From positions 1,798,001 through 1,862,000 of the forward strand of contig NC_043016.1 in assembly GCF_006345805.1 (NCBI RefSeq): DNA of 64,000 nucleotides, given 5' to 3'. Both the position numbers and the translations under genes were made by a program. Position 1 is the stretch's first letter, and each line of letters opens with the position of its first letter. This DNA comes from Octopus sinensis. Taxonomy: Eukaryota. The notes under the pieces were generated by a model. The model was not told where the DNA came from. It saw nothing but the letters and a program-made list of their open reading frames with translations, and searched no databases. This document shows positions 1 through 13,574 of this stretch, piece by piece.

Positions 1-1029
1 TACCGATGCGTGTGTTAAATTATAAAGCACTAAAAGAGAATGACCCTCCCCTGACACAACAGAATATGCTTCAACACACTAACTTACATAAAGTATCTTG
101 CAAACCAAATCCCAAAAAGAAAAAAAATATATATATATATTTATATACGCATGTATACATACATATACATACATACTTACATATATATAGAACGTAAACA
201 ACTTGAAATACGAAATACGAAAACATGGAATACGAACTTTTTTGCGAACACCGAAAGAAACAAATGGAAAACAAGACAAGCAACATAAAGAACGACCATT
301 CATTAGTTTTCGGCTGTTTTATCTACTCCACATTTCGAGCATTTACAACGAAATGTGCCTTCGTCAAAACAGTTGCTTCCGCAAAGCAAATTAAATAAAA
401 TTTGGGATTTGCGGAGGGTAAGATTTGATAACAAAAGTAGGACAGGTAAAACGGTAAAGGCTGTTAAGCCATGACGAGGTGAGGTGGCGAACGCTGGAGA
501 AATAAGCTTTGACAGGAGACAGACAAGAATGCGTCTTATCTCTGTAGCAGATCGGAAGAAGAGAAACTCAAGATAGGAAAAGGAAGATGGCCGATGGTCA
601 CGTGTGAACAACGAGACAGAAAATAAGGAAGAGTAAGGAAGAGTAAGGAAGAGAGAGAGACATATAGAGAACGGTGAAGGGAAGAGGAAAAGAATTAGAG
701 AAAGAATGAGAGAGAAGAAAATGAAAGAGGGAGACAGGGAGATAAAACGAATTACAGAAAGGAAGAGAGGATACGAAAGAGAAATAGAAATAGAATAGAG
801 CAACTTTCGCATCAAAATTATTACGATAAAACGTACTTGGAAATGGATGCGTGGCGTTCAGTCATATAATAATATAAACACAACACACACACACACGTGC
901 ACACATATATATATAAATAAATATATATATATATATAAACATATATATACATCTATATATATATATTATATTATATTTATATATTTTATATATTTTATAT
1001 ATTTATATTTTATATTTTTATATTTCATC

Positions 1030-4000
1030 TAGTTTCAGCTCACGAGCTGTAGTCATGCTGGGGCACCGCCATTTGGTGTTGCTACATGATTATACTTCAC
1101 GAATGCTTTTTAGCAATTGCCCTTTGGTGCATGAGAGAGTTCGATGCAGCTGCCCTCATCTGCACCTCCTGCCGTGAAGTTGGTTCATCTGGGACACCTG
1201 ACAGGAGGAGATCCAGTTTCATTTTAAAGACATCTGCATCCACCCCATGCAGGTCTCTTAGGTTCTTTGGGAGGATATTGAAGAGCTGTGAAGCCCAGCT
1301 GTGAAGAGCTGAAGCCCAGGCTATCACAGTATCTAGTTCTACATCTTGATGGCAAATTTGGAGTCCTTGTCACTATACAGTGGCGCCCAATTCTAATATT
1401 TGTGTAACTCTCGATGCCAAAGTTTGGGACAAGTCCTTCCAGGATCTTCCAGATGTATATTATGGCATATCTTTCTCGCCTACCCTCTAAGGAATAGAGT
1501 CTTAATCTCTTGAATCTTTCCCAATAGCTTATATGCTACACAGAGGCTATCTTCTTCGTGTAGCTACGTTGGATCGCCTCAAGTTCTGTGATTAATTTGA
1601 CACTGGATGGTGACCATAGCTAAGAGCAATAGTCAAAGTGGCTTAGGACAAGTGTCCTCCAGAGGACCATCATGGTTTCCTGGTCTCTTCTTCTAAAGGT
1701 TCTAAGAATCCATCCGGTCAGCTGCCTACATTTCATTGCCAATTTAGCAAGATGCACATGAAAGGTTGCATCATTACTCATGTAAATATCCAGGTCTCGC
1801 ACTGATTGTGCCTCTGGGATTACAATCCCTCCAAGTCCAGTGTATTTATTGGGTATTGCATTTAGTTTTGCATGCTGGTAGTATAAAGCTTGAAATTTTT
1901 CAGCATTGAACTGCATGCTATTCTTTTCAGCCCACTTGTATATTTTGTCCAGCTCACATTTCAGGTGCCTAGTGTCTTCAGGGTTCTGTATTACCTGTGA
2001 AACCTTTGTATCATCTGCATAACATATGATCGTGGCTCTCTGCGTGGCTGAGGGCATGTCTGAGAGGGCAATTATGAATAGTAGTGATCCCAAAACAGTG
2101 CCTTGCGGAACACCGCTCACTGAATCCGTTTTGGTTCTTTCGGAGCAAAGGTTCAACAAAAAGGACAAGACGATTTAGAATCAGTTTGTTGTACAGTTTT
2201 GCAGCAATTGACATTATATACATACCCCTGTAGTTGGTGACGAGAGATAAATCGCCTTTTTGGGTATTGGGATAATTTGAGATTGGTGCCAAATCTTTGG
2301 AGCGACAAAAGTGGAAAGTGTCCCAGAAAGGGTATGGCCTGGTCAGCCTGTAATGACATGCATAAGATCTGGTCATCAAATCTAAGTAGAGACTTCAAAC
2401 TTCACAAAGCCACAGTCCAACCAATTCTACTATATGGCTCAGAAACCTGGACGTTATCAAAGAAGCTTGAGAGGCGGTTGGATGGAACCTACACTCGCCT
2501 CCTTATGAGAGCTCAAAATCTCTCGTGGAAGTGCCATCCAACCAAAATGCAAATATATGGGAAACTACCACCTTGTAAAAGGTAGGAGAGTCCAGTTTGC
2601 TGGACATTGTTGTAGAGCTGAAAAAGAGGTAATTTCTACTCTTCTCCTCTGGAAGCCATCTACTCGCAATACCAGAGGACGCACACTCTCCTACCCTGAT
2701 GTAATCTCCAGGGATACAGGCATCCAGCAACAGAACCTCCGTAATGCCATGATGGACCGTGAAGTCTGGCGTAGCATGGTAAATTCCATTGTCTCGACCA
2801 TGGTCGAACAATGATGTTGATGACTACCACCTGACTTCTATCCTTCAAAAATCCATGAAGCCATTCTCCCAATTTTCCAACTATGCCAAGATCACGCAGT
2901 TTGTGACATATCATTCCATGATCGACTTTATTAAAGGCCTTTGCAAAGTCGAGATATATCACTTCCATATTTGAGTGGTTGAGCAGTTGTTTCAGCACCC
3001 AGTCATAGTGTTGTAGGTGGTGAGTTAGGCAGCTTCTTCCTGGTTGGAAACCATGTTGGGTGTCAGGCAGCAAGTTATTTTGTTCAAGGAAGGCGATTAG
3101 TTTCCTTCTGACTATTCGTTCCATGACCTTGCTCATGTGTGAGGTCAAAGAGATAGGTCTGTAGTTCTTGGCCTCCGCTCTGCTACCTCCTTTATGCATA
3201 GGGCATGTTTTCCTTCCTTCAGTTTTCTTGGAAGTGTGCCAGTTGCAAGGAAGCTCTGAAAGAGGAACTGCAGTGGTCTTGCTAGGACTCTCTTGAATAC
3301 TTTTAGAAGGATTGCTGGGAATCCATCAGGGCCAGTAGCTGAGTTTGGGTTCATTTCATCTATAGCCCTTATTACATCGTCTTCCTTTATATTGATGTAA
3401 TCAATCATCGTTGCCTCTGATTTTATATCTGCAGTGGTAAAAGAGTCAGTTAGATTGCTGACTTGAAAATGCCCTAGGGGTGGAGTGAAAATACTTTTGA
3501 ATTGCTCATTCAGTATTTCACTTATTCTCATTGGATTTCCTGTGAGTGTACCATCTTTTTCAAGGAGTGGCCCTATCCTACAGTGCACCGTAGTTGTTTC
3601 TTTGGCAAACTTGTAGAAAGCTCTGGGGTTAGATTTTATGTAGTCTATTGCCCAGGCTTCTTTGTCTGCGCTTTCGTTTTAATGGGAAGTTGCAGACATT
3701 TTTCAATTTCCAACAGTTTCATTTTCAGGCGGGAATTTTCACTGCTTTCAATTTGTTTGTTTAGGCGATTTGAAACTTTTGTACGTTGTCTCATTAGAAT
3801 TTTCCTCTCTCTGGGGATTTTGTTCTTGTGTACAGTGGCCTTTCTCTCTGGGACACATTTGTAGCATATGGCTTGCATTACAGACATGAATTGTTGAAGT
3901 TTCATGTCGATGTCTGGCGAGGAGAGACATTCAGGCCAGCTTTTTTTGAGGATCTCTTTCTCAATTTGTTTCCAGTCTGCCTTATGGAAGTACAAGCTGG

Positions 4001-4654
4001 AAAGATTCTGAGAGTTTCTTGTAGACTGCATGTCCATGCTTTCCTTTGGCCCGTACATGGTCAACTCTACCATGTTGTGATCCGAGAGTAGTGTCGGTGT
4101 CACTTTCACATTATGGATGAGATCCATATTATTTGCGAAGCAGAGATACATTATGTTACCTGCCCTGGTTGGTTGGAGTATTATTTTCTCCATGTACAGA
4201 GTGTTGATGAGGTTCAAGAGGGACCTCGCCTGTCCTCGTTCGCATCGTGATATTCCTGGGAGAGAAAGGCCCTCGGGCCACCTGACATTGGGCAGATTGA
4301 AGTCTCCCATAAGAAGCACACTTATGTGTTATTCTAATGTGGCTAAAACTTCTATTTTTGTAAGGCAGACTTCAAACTTGCCTACATGGCTTGGAGCATC
4401 TGGAGGGCGATATGTAGCACATATAACTACACTGAGTTGCCTTATATGTACAATTAGTGCGTCACACACCGAATTTGAGTATGACAAAAGGACCTGTGGT
4501 GTGAGGTCCTCGCGGATGTACATAGCAACTCCACTATGACTCCTTTCTTTTTTGTCGGTCCGTAATACAGCATACTGTGGTATGTGTATTTCCGCATCTG
4601 CAATATCCGGTTTCAGGTGTGTTTCCGTAAGTGCTATGCATAAGGCTTGATTGC
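1030..4654 (-). mobile_element. Degenerate CR1/L2-type LINE (copy 1): ORF2 APE endonuclease + RT + 3' end, split by an RTE insertion at 2122-2822
   Basis: Minus-strand frames give APE motifs (CIALTETHL, TYRPP, LLMGDFNLP) at 3645-4654. RT motifs NYRPISLTS, QHGFQPGRSC, YLDFAKAFNKVDH lie at 2823-3200, and GVPQGTVLG, CYADDTK, HFDYCS at 1620-2121. C-terminal DLLLSGVPDEP...SNSLMHQ and the 3' terminus are at ~1030. Several frameshifts. Confidence 0.9.
2122..2822 (+). mobile_element. RTE-clade LINE fragment with an inverted 5' segment
   Basis: The plus frame from ~2335 gives AWSACNDMHKIW, ILLYGSETWTL, RRVQFAGHC, DREVWR and a (TGA)-type tail. Segment 2122-2335 encodes QKGDLSLVTNYRG...KLYNKLILNRL...NQNGF on the minus strand. 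Confidence 0.88.
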
Positions 4655-5119
<465 letters not shown>

Positions 5120-5121
<2 letters not shown>

Positions 5122-5245
5122 GACGGGCTTCTTTCAGTTTCTGTCTACCAAATTCCCTCACCAGGCGTTGGTCAGCTCGAGGCTATAGTAGAAGGCACTT
5201 GCCCAAGGTGCCACGTAGTGGGACTGAACCATGTGGATGGCGATT
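5120..5245 (-). mobile_element. tRNA-derived SINE head with CORE-like motif (a second partial head at ~4895-4962)
   Basis: The reverse complement contains GGTTCAGTCCCACT (B-box-like), GTGGCACCTTGGGCAAGTG (CORE-like) and GGTAGACAGAAACTGAAAGAAGCCCGTCG, shared with copies at 11.1, 33.6 and 42.1 kb. Confidence 0.8.
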
Positions 5246-5959
5246 AAAACACAACCACGTGCATATATGTGCCTGTATATATACATGCACAAAAATATAT
5301 ATATATGCACAAATATCTATCTATATATGAGTGTATGTATATATCTATGTGTGTGTGTGCAATATATAAACATACGTACATACATGCATACACACGCACG
5401 TGTGCGTCCATATGTGTATGTGCTTTTGTTTAGGATAGGATTCCTCACAGTTTCTGCTCACTAACTTCCAGCCCAAATTCAAAGGTATTTCATGAATCTG
5501 AGAGTATTTGTCACAATCACTTGTTCTTGGTGCTACGCAATGCCAAACGAACTGGCGATCGCGCGGTTGCGAAATGAACTTCTAAATTACGTAGCTTTGC
5601 CTTCTCTCATATCATTTACTGAAGATAAGAAGTTAGTAGCCAAGTTGGTAAAATGCCAACGGGTTATAGTTTATTAACGATACGACGGTGCCAGACCTCT
5701 GCTGAGAATGAAATCTATTTCTTTCTTTTGCCTGATTTCAACCTATTAAAACAAAATTAATAGATGTTTTGATTTTTAGCTCTCATTAAAAGGCAAATAC
5801 GATGAGAGACAAACATTTCGTCAGTAATGTTTCGTTCCGAAACAAATTTCAGTTGATCGCTCCTTAATGACAGAAATATGAAAAATGGAATGTATTTCGG
5901 AGACTGCAGTCTGACATTCACCCTGAATTAGTAAATGTGCTAAGCCCTTATGATCATAC

Positions 5960-6640
5960 TATGTACGTACGTACGTATGTATGTATGTATGTATGTATGT
6001 ATGTATGTATGTATGTATGTATGTATGTATGTATGTATGTATGTATGTATGTATGTATGTATAAATGTATGTATGTATGTGTGTATGTATGTGTATGTAT
6101 GTATGTATGTATGCATGCATGCATGCATGTATGTATGTATGTGTGTATGTATGTATGTATGTATGTATGTGTGTGTGTATGTATGTATGTACGTACGTAC
6201 GTATGTATGTATGTATGTATGTATGTATGTATGTATGTATGTATGTATGTATGTATGTATAAATGTATGTATGTATAAATGTATGTATGTATGTATGTGT
6301 GTATGTATGTATGTATGTATGTGTGTGTGTATATATGTATGTATGTATGAATGAATGTATGTAATATGTATGTATGTATGCATGTATGTGTGTTTGTACG
6401 TATGTATGTGTGTATGTATGCATGCAAGTATGTATGTATACATACACACGCAACCAAAAAATGTACATACAGTGTGTATGTATATATACATACACACACA
6501 TATATGTATGTATATGTATATACATACATGTATGTATATATGAATGTTTGTATGTTCGTGTATGCATATATGTATTCATGTCAGTATATATGTGTGTATG
6601 TATCTATGTTTGTGCGTATTCATACACATATTCTATGTTT
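5960..6640. repeat. Long (TATG)n microsatellite/low-complexity array
   Basis: Directly visible; source of the MYVC/HTYI pseudo-ORFs. Confidence 0.97.
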
Positions 6641-7619
6641 ATTTTAGAAAGACAGATTTCTACCTAAATTCTATTCTTCCTAATTGTATAAACTTTATAC
6701 ATAATTAATCTCACCAACCCTACAGTACGTAGAATGCTAAGTGATTCTGCTAATTCCTACAACAATCAGCCGAATGTTTTCGATATAAAAGGTAATTATT
6801 TAAAGAATTAAAAGAACACGCTATGCAAGATAACCAAAATGTTAGAATTTCCTGGGTGTAATGTCCGTTGATCGTAAATGTGTGTCCCAACAACCGCAAT
6901 ATTGTATAAGGATTTATAAATACAAGGGTTGGAAAAATTAATGGAAACACTTAGTTAAATGGAAGTTTCATTATTTAATACAATTTATGATGACGCCAGT
7001 CTAGACAGAAACGTGTGAAAACAGCTCTCCTCTTTTCCTGATATAATCAGAATATCTTTTCCTTAAGCCATATCAATATTGAAGAATTCTCGATTCTTGA
7101 GGTTATTCCAATGCCTTAGTTGAACCTGGTACCAGTTGCCACAATTGAAAGCGGTGCTAATTTTATAAATCAGGAATTTAACTTGTATGTTACTTAATAT
7201 AGAAATACTCTTTTTTACGTCATAAGAAATCTTTCAATGTGCGTCCTTTCTTTTACTCATTTTACATAATAAATACGAAATCAAAACTTTGGTAATGTCC
7301 ACAAAAAGAAGAGTACTACTGTTAGAGCAGCTGACCTTTTTATTACTACAAAAATTAATATAAATAAATAAATAGATATGAAAATTAGAGTGTAAATTTA
7401 TTTTCTGCAGATATGTTCCGAATTTACTATTTTGTTTGACATATCCTCTTCTCATAGTAGAAAACACTGTGTAACAAATTACTTTTTATTTCTTTTATCT
7501 TTGGTCAGTAAGTGTTATTTCCCATTTGCTTAATCAAAGGAAATGACAACTATTCCCTTCAATTTTGCTTTTGTCACCTGGACGTCAATATTTTGAAACT
7601 AAATCTCCATTACATTTCA

Positions 7620-7810
7620 AACAGATTGAGTTATGGCAAATATTCTGCTCGATAACACAGACTTGTTTGTCAGTTGCTTGACCTTAACCACTTCAACATA
7701 TCCCTTAGTGACTGACAGTGTCTGCATTTCTGATAATGAGCAGGAATAGTGGGACAGCATCATAGCCATGTATTGAGAGGAACTCTTTGGAGTTTGAATA
7801 AATGTAAGAA
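7620..7810. repeat. Diverged fragment of the interspersed repeat also at 31.1-31.7 kb
   Basis: GCAAATATTCTGCTC...ACAGA...TTGTCAGTTG.TTGACCTTAACCA...CATCATAGC...TTGAGAGG..TCTTTGGG..TTTGAATA aligns with 31218-31385. Confidence 0.8.
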
Positions 7811-9111
7811 AAGCAAAATTTGAAGGAAATATTGGCCACTTTTCATACTTTCTATGGGTAATCAAATAGAAAATATCAGTTGCTACCCAATAACAAAAAT
7901 CGTGTTACACAGTGCAATTAAATGAATAGCGTGTGCGAATTTACAATCAAAGAAGAAGTTATGTGTTAAGGTGAAAACTAAAAGGAGATATCGCATTGTG
8001 AACTCCTTAATATATAAAATTATATAAACATACTCGTCATTGATTTCTGCTCAATTAAGGCGGTCATTCTACCTACAAGAAATAGGATCCACATTCCCAT
8101 TCAATAATATTACACCGCATTAAATAAAGAAGAAAACAGATTGAAGTATGTAGTCCTGGTATACAAAATGATGTAAGACTGGGTGGTTACATTTGGAACG
8201 CCGTTGATCAAAGATCTCTGCTCTTCAACGGCTGACCTGGCTCTGTACATCCACAAAAGTTGTGCTCAGACTTTATCAAAGAAAAATGATAAAAGCAGAA
8301 TATAATGTCGCGCGAGGAATTTGATTTATATATAGTTTTTGTTTTATGTGCTTATGCTATTCATAGTTGATTAGCTATTGGCGAAGATTACTTGGGAAAT
8401 TATGACCTAATGTTCGCATTGAGAGTCATTGAAAACATTTAAGTAGTTTTATCGGCTCTTGACATATTTAAAAGAAACATTTTACAACCATCGTCAGTCA
8501 AGTAGGCTAAGCAATGCTGGATATCTTTCAACATTACCAGTGGTTATCTCTCTAGTTTATATAACTAAGCTACATAATTTTTTTCAAAGGTTTCGGGTTC
8601 AGATTTCGCCAACACTTATAAGCTACACGGAAAACTCGACCTTTGCAATGACCAGCAAGTCTGTAAGACCATTTTACAGTATCTGAATTACGCAGCTTAA
8701 CTTTTCCTACTACACATGGCACACTGATATGATAGAATAGTTGTCCACAGATTGAACGAAATGATGTCATTTGAAACTGCTGCTTGTCATAAACTTGTGG
8801 AGAAAAGATGTATGGGTGACTGTGGGCGGAAGTGGGATAGCTGGTTGTGTTCTCTTGTTGTACGTCAGTTGAATGACTGACTGTAGTGGTTATATGGTCT
8901 GCGTGTTGTAATAAGAGAACTTAGTGGCTGTTCAGTAAGAATGTAGAGGAATTATAGAAAGAATTCTAATATGTTACCTGACATTATCTTCAAATAATAC
9001 GCTCCTAGAACATATATTTTTGTTTTATGGCTTACTCAGAGAAGGGTCACGCCCATGACCTTTCTCAGGCTCTCCAAGATTTGTGGGGGAGGGAGAGGAA
9101 CTAAAGGAAGG

Positions 9112-9390
9112 AACTACGACTTGTGTCTCTACTGTAGTAGTAAAATACCATGTTTTCAATCATTGCAATTGAAACATGGTTCGAATACTTGTAACGCAGT
9201 GGACTTCACTAAATTCAACCAGGGGCTATGTAGTGTTATTATTAGAAATCACGACCTGTGTTTCTACTGCAGTAGTAAAAAAACCGAGTTTGCAGCCATT
9301 ACAGCAGATACAAAACTCGAATCCTTGTAACTCAGTGGAATTCACTAAATACAACCAAGTGCTATGTGGTGCATTCACTATTAAAGTGAA
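9112..9390. repeat. Two diverged tandem copies of a ~138-bp unit
   Basis: ACGAC.TGTGT.TCTACTG.AGTAGTAAAA...CTTGTAAC.CAGTGGA.TTCACTAAAT.CAACCA.G.GCTATGT.GTG occurs twice in succession. Confidence 0.75.
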
Positions 9391-10611
9391 GGCAAATTAC
9401 GTCTGCAATATAGGAACAGACACAGATTATCACACAAATGTTGGTATAATTTTTCTTACATCAACTGCATTTGTCTCCCAGTGTGCAATATAAAGATTAT
9501 TGCCAAATGCGCCGCAAAGAAAGATTGAATGCGAAATCATCTGACGGTAAAGGCAGCTTCTCAATTACGGGAAGATGCTTAGATATATTTATTAAGTAAC
9601 TTAATTTTTTCGAAACAGAAAAATATTTTGGAGTAAAGATTATTTGCCAACATAACATTGCATTCCCGATTTAGGATGAATGCTGCTGTAGTTTAGCCCC
9701 AGGAGACATTTTCTTTTTTTCTTCTGAACCAGGGAATCTAACACCCCCACTCAGCTCAAAACAATATCTGTGTATCGCGATTTCCGGGTTATTTCTCTTC
9801 ATCAGCACGGTATAATTGTTTCAGATAGGAAAAAAAGAAAAATATATATAAGGACACAGATTGTTTCGTATAGCCAGCCGGAGACGATGTTTGCTGGGGC
9901 TAAATTACAGCAACATTCGTCCTAAATCAGGAGTGCTGTGTTATGTTGGCAAACAATCTTTGTTGCAAACAATCTTTGTTGCAAACAATCTAACAAAGTA
10001 CTGTGGATGAATATCTCTCGTTGTGAGAAAAATATTTATCAGAAAATTTAGATACAAAGAATCATGAAAGAAGAGAGATAAGAAAGGAAAACGAAGAATA
10101 GGAAAAGAAAGTTGTGATGGGTAAAGGAGCGGAAGATGGAGTGTTAGGGCGATGGTGCTCAGCCGAACCCGCAGTGTTGACCGCGATGGCGTTTTCGTGG
10201 GGAGGGACCAATGACACTCGCTACTAGTCCACCTCGCAGGGTTCATTTGTCTGATGGCCCGTCGTTATCTCTATTTTGCGGAGGAAATCGGTACTATGGA
10301 GTTCAAGAACACCTGACGTCTCGACGGAGATTCGCACAAACTGTTAGCGGCCGGCTAGGCACCAGCATTTATTGATTTTTCTCTTCTGTGCGTTACAGGC
10401 AGCGACACCCGAGATCTACAGCTGATGCTGCATGGTTATCCAGTATTTGGAAACACGAAAACAGCAATCACATTTGTTGATAAACGGTAAAATTATTTAA
10501 CATATTTAAACAAATACAAACGAGAATATATACAAAAGGCAGACGAATACACACACACACTATCTCTCTCTCTCTCACACACACATACACACAAATAAAA
10601 TTTTATAATAC

Positions 10612-11210
10612 AGCTGGGGCACCGCTTTGAAGAATTTTTAGTCGAATGAATCAGCCCCAGTACTTCTATTAAAACCTAGTACTTTTGTCTATCGACTTTT
10701 TTGCCGAACTGTTAAATTACAGGAACGTAACCACAATAACACCGGTTCTCAAACATTGATTGGGGGTACATAAACAGATACAAAGACACACAGACGCATA
10801 TACACACATACACACACATATTAGTATGTTCTATGTGATAGGCCTGATAATTGTTGAGGTTTTCCAAAACATGAAACCAATGGTAGCCTTAATGCACAAC
10901 AAATAAAGTATACATACATACATACATAACTACACACACACATACATACATACATATATACATACATAACTACACACACACACACACATACATACATACA
11001 TACATACATACATACATACATACATACATACATACATACATACATACAAACATAATGTCTTTCCATGCATTTCCCATCTACCAATTTCATTCAAAAGATA
11101 TTGGTCTGGCCCCTGGTTATGGTAGGAGACACTTGTCCAGCGTGCTGCACGGTGAGGCTTAACCCGGAACCATGTTGTTGCAAAACTACCTTCTTTATCA
11201 CACAGCCATT
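10612..11210 (-). mobile_element. Full-length degenerate tRNA/CORE-like SINE with an internal microsatellite
   Basis: Head at 11065-11210, (TACA)n/(CA)n spacer, then a 3' module ending in GCGGTGCCCCAGC at ~10612. Confidence 0.7.
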
Positions 11211-12423
11211 TCTATAACAATATTGTAAAGTTATTCCTCAGATCAGCCCCAATTGGACACATCTATGATCAATGGCAATCTATCTATAATCATTCCAACT
11301 TATCAAATACCTTTGTAAATCTGACTATAATACGGAATGTGTTCTTTTCTTAGTTTTAAATAGCGATAGGATGTGATTTAAAGGAAACTAACTGCTATTT
11401 TCAATAGAGCAAGCGATAAAAAGAAATAACCCTCTCTGGTTTGATATTGTAAAGATTGTATATTAGATATAGATAATATTGTGACATGTAAAATAGATGA
11501 TGTTTGGTATCACATAATTTGTATTATGCTGTATATGTCATTCTTCTTATGAACGCTTACTCAAAGTAATGTAAATTAAAATTAAATATAGCAGGGTGAT
11601 AAATATCCCAGGCATTTAAAATGAATAACTTTATTTATATTTACATAAATTTGGATATTGGCATTATTATGAAATTATAATATACCTCAGCTCTAGATAT
11701 TATTATATGAAGTTATAAATTTTAATGTGAAATTTCAAATTAATATTCGGAAAGCCAGAAATATAATCATTACTTTCCATATATCAGATAAATTAAAATT
11801 AATATTTGGAAATAAGACTATCAGCTTTTTCAATAAATGTATTTGATGAAATATATAATTAAAAATGTCTCAAACAAAATTTATTCTAAATGAAATTACT
11901 TAAAATCTATGCATCGAGAAATTTAAAGATCAAACTCATAACATGAAGGAATTCATTTAAAAGATCTGAATTTAGCGCTTTCGGAAATAGAATTTTCACT
12001 ATAGATTTGTTTCGGTCTGTAGATGAGTAAATCCTTTGCTCAGATCCCAATAATCCACCAATAATCTGCGGTGTTAAGCGGGTGAGTGAAGGTTTTTCTC
12101 AAGGGTTGGATAGGAGCTGTTTGTCATAGTATGAACAGATCTCTATTTTACAAATAAACGAATTACTTCTCAGTTCTATAAAGATACAACCGCTTATAGG
12201 AAAGCCGATTGTTTGTACACTGACGGAACAAAGTAGCGTTAACGGTATATGGGCCTCTTCTCCTGTGTGGTACTGACGCTGACCAGTACCGCCTCGGTAA
12301 ATTTTGTAGACAAAAACTGTATGAGAACCCATCCCATATACATATACATAATACATACACACACATACACACACATATATATATATATATATTATATATA
12401 TATATATATATGCATACACACAC

Positions 12424-12462
<39 letters not shown>

Positions 12463-12492
12463 ATATATATATATATATATGCATACACACAC

Positions 12493-12556
<64 letters not shown>

Positions 12557-12599
12557 GTCAGTAGGTAATGGAGGCCAGAAAAACACAGACACACACATA

Positions 12600-13140
12600 C
12601 GTTTAAATTATGTCATATTTCTGTGGAAGACATCACACATGTGATGAGCATCAGCCCAAAATGTTATGAAGATACTACCTCCTATGCGACAACAATATAC
12701 AATGCCATCCGGAAAAAAGACTGTCCTGGAATAAATATTATTGAATATGCACACAAATACCAGCACAAGGAATACTGGTGGAACATTCCCTTCAAAACAT
12801 CTGTCAAGTGTAAGCATAACAAGCCGGATATTATTGTTTGGGACAGACAAGAAAACGTATGTACTGGACGGTTGTCCTGCTGATGTGAATATCTCTTTGA
12901 AAATCAAAGAGAAAGAAGATAATTATGGACAACTGATTCAAAACCTCCGACTTCTATATCAAAGTTACAAATTTACGTTTATACTAATAATAATTTGAGT
13001 ACTTGGTTTTTGTAAATAAAAGTCTAACTGTCAATCTGGATAAACTTGGATTTTCAGAAAAAGTAATCCACAGAGCAAGTACAATTTGTAAGCGGAACAG
13101 TAAAACTATGCAAGCCTTTTCTCTCGTTTAAAATGTGACA
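12600..13140 (+). mobile_element. Old remnant of the C-terminus of an RLE-type (R4-like) LINE
   Basis: Frameshifted peptide ...EYWWNIPFKTSVKCKHNKPDIIVWD...CPADVNISLKIKEKEDNYGQL resembles the PD..D/E..K restriction-like endonuclease region. Confidence 0.6.
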
Positions 13141-13574
13141 TTGTTTACATTATTTTCATTTCAACGATGGATCTTTGAATGTTTGCTAGCAACATAAACT
13201 CTGGCAGAAACATTAACGCCTCTTCCTCTTCCATTGATTGCCTTTTACGGCGCGGAGAGAACGGAGACAGTTAACTTTTGAAGTTTCTTTTTTGCAGTCG
13301 TTCGACTGCAGAGGGTGAAGTATGAAAAGAAGAGAAGAGCTTACACTCCACTCCATAGACATTTTTGCATAATTTCGAAGTGCAAAGTCGAAATTGGAAA
13401 TTTTGAAATGACAAATTCGCCTCTAAAAGGGGAAAATTCCGCCTAACCGATTAGCTCAGCAAGAGCACGGTCGGCTGGGCTACAGAAATATACAAAATTA
13501 TTAAAAGGAATGACAAAATTTTCTATGAAAATTGAGCAAAAACTCACAACTTCCGAAGACACGTCCTTCTGCTT

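Noticed and set aside
325-375. Hammerhead-like TTGACGA...GAAA on the minus strand
   Set aside because: C3 is changed, there is no NUH triplet and no stem I; too degenerate to call.
5937-6667. Numerous 100-200 aa ORFs (MYVC/HTYI/IYIY repeats), also at 12.1-12.6, 33, 36, 43, 47.8, 52.3-52.8 and 57.1 kb
   Set aside because: Translations of stop-free microsatellites; no coding complexity.
9939-10397. GC-richer block with TGT...ACA ends resembling a solo LTR
   Set aside because: Flanks (TGCTG / GGCAG) give no target-site duplication, and no second copy or internal gag/pol sequence is present.
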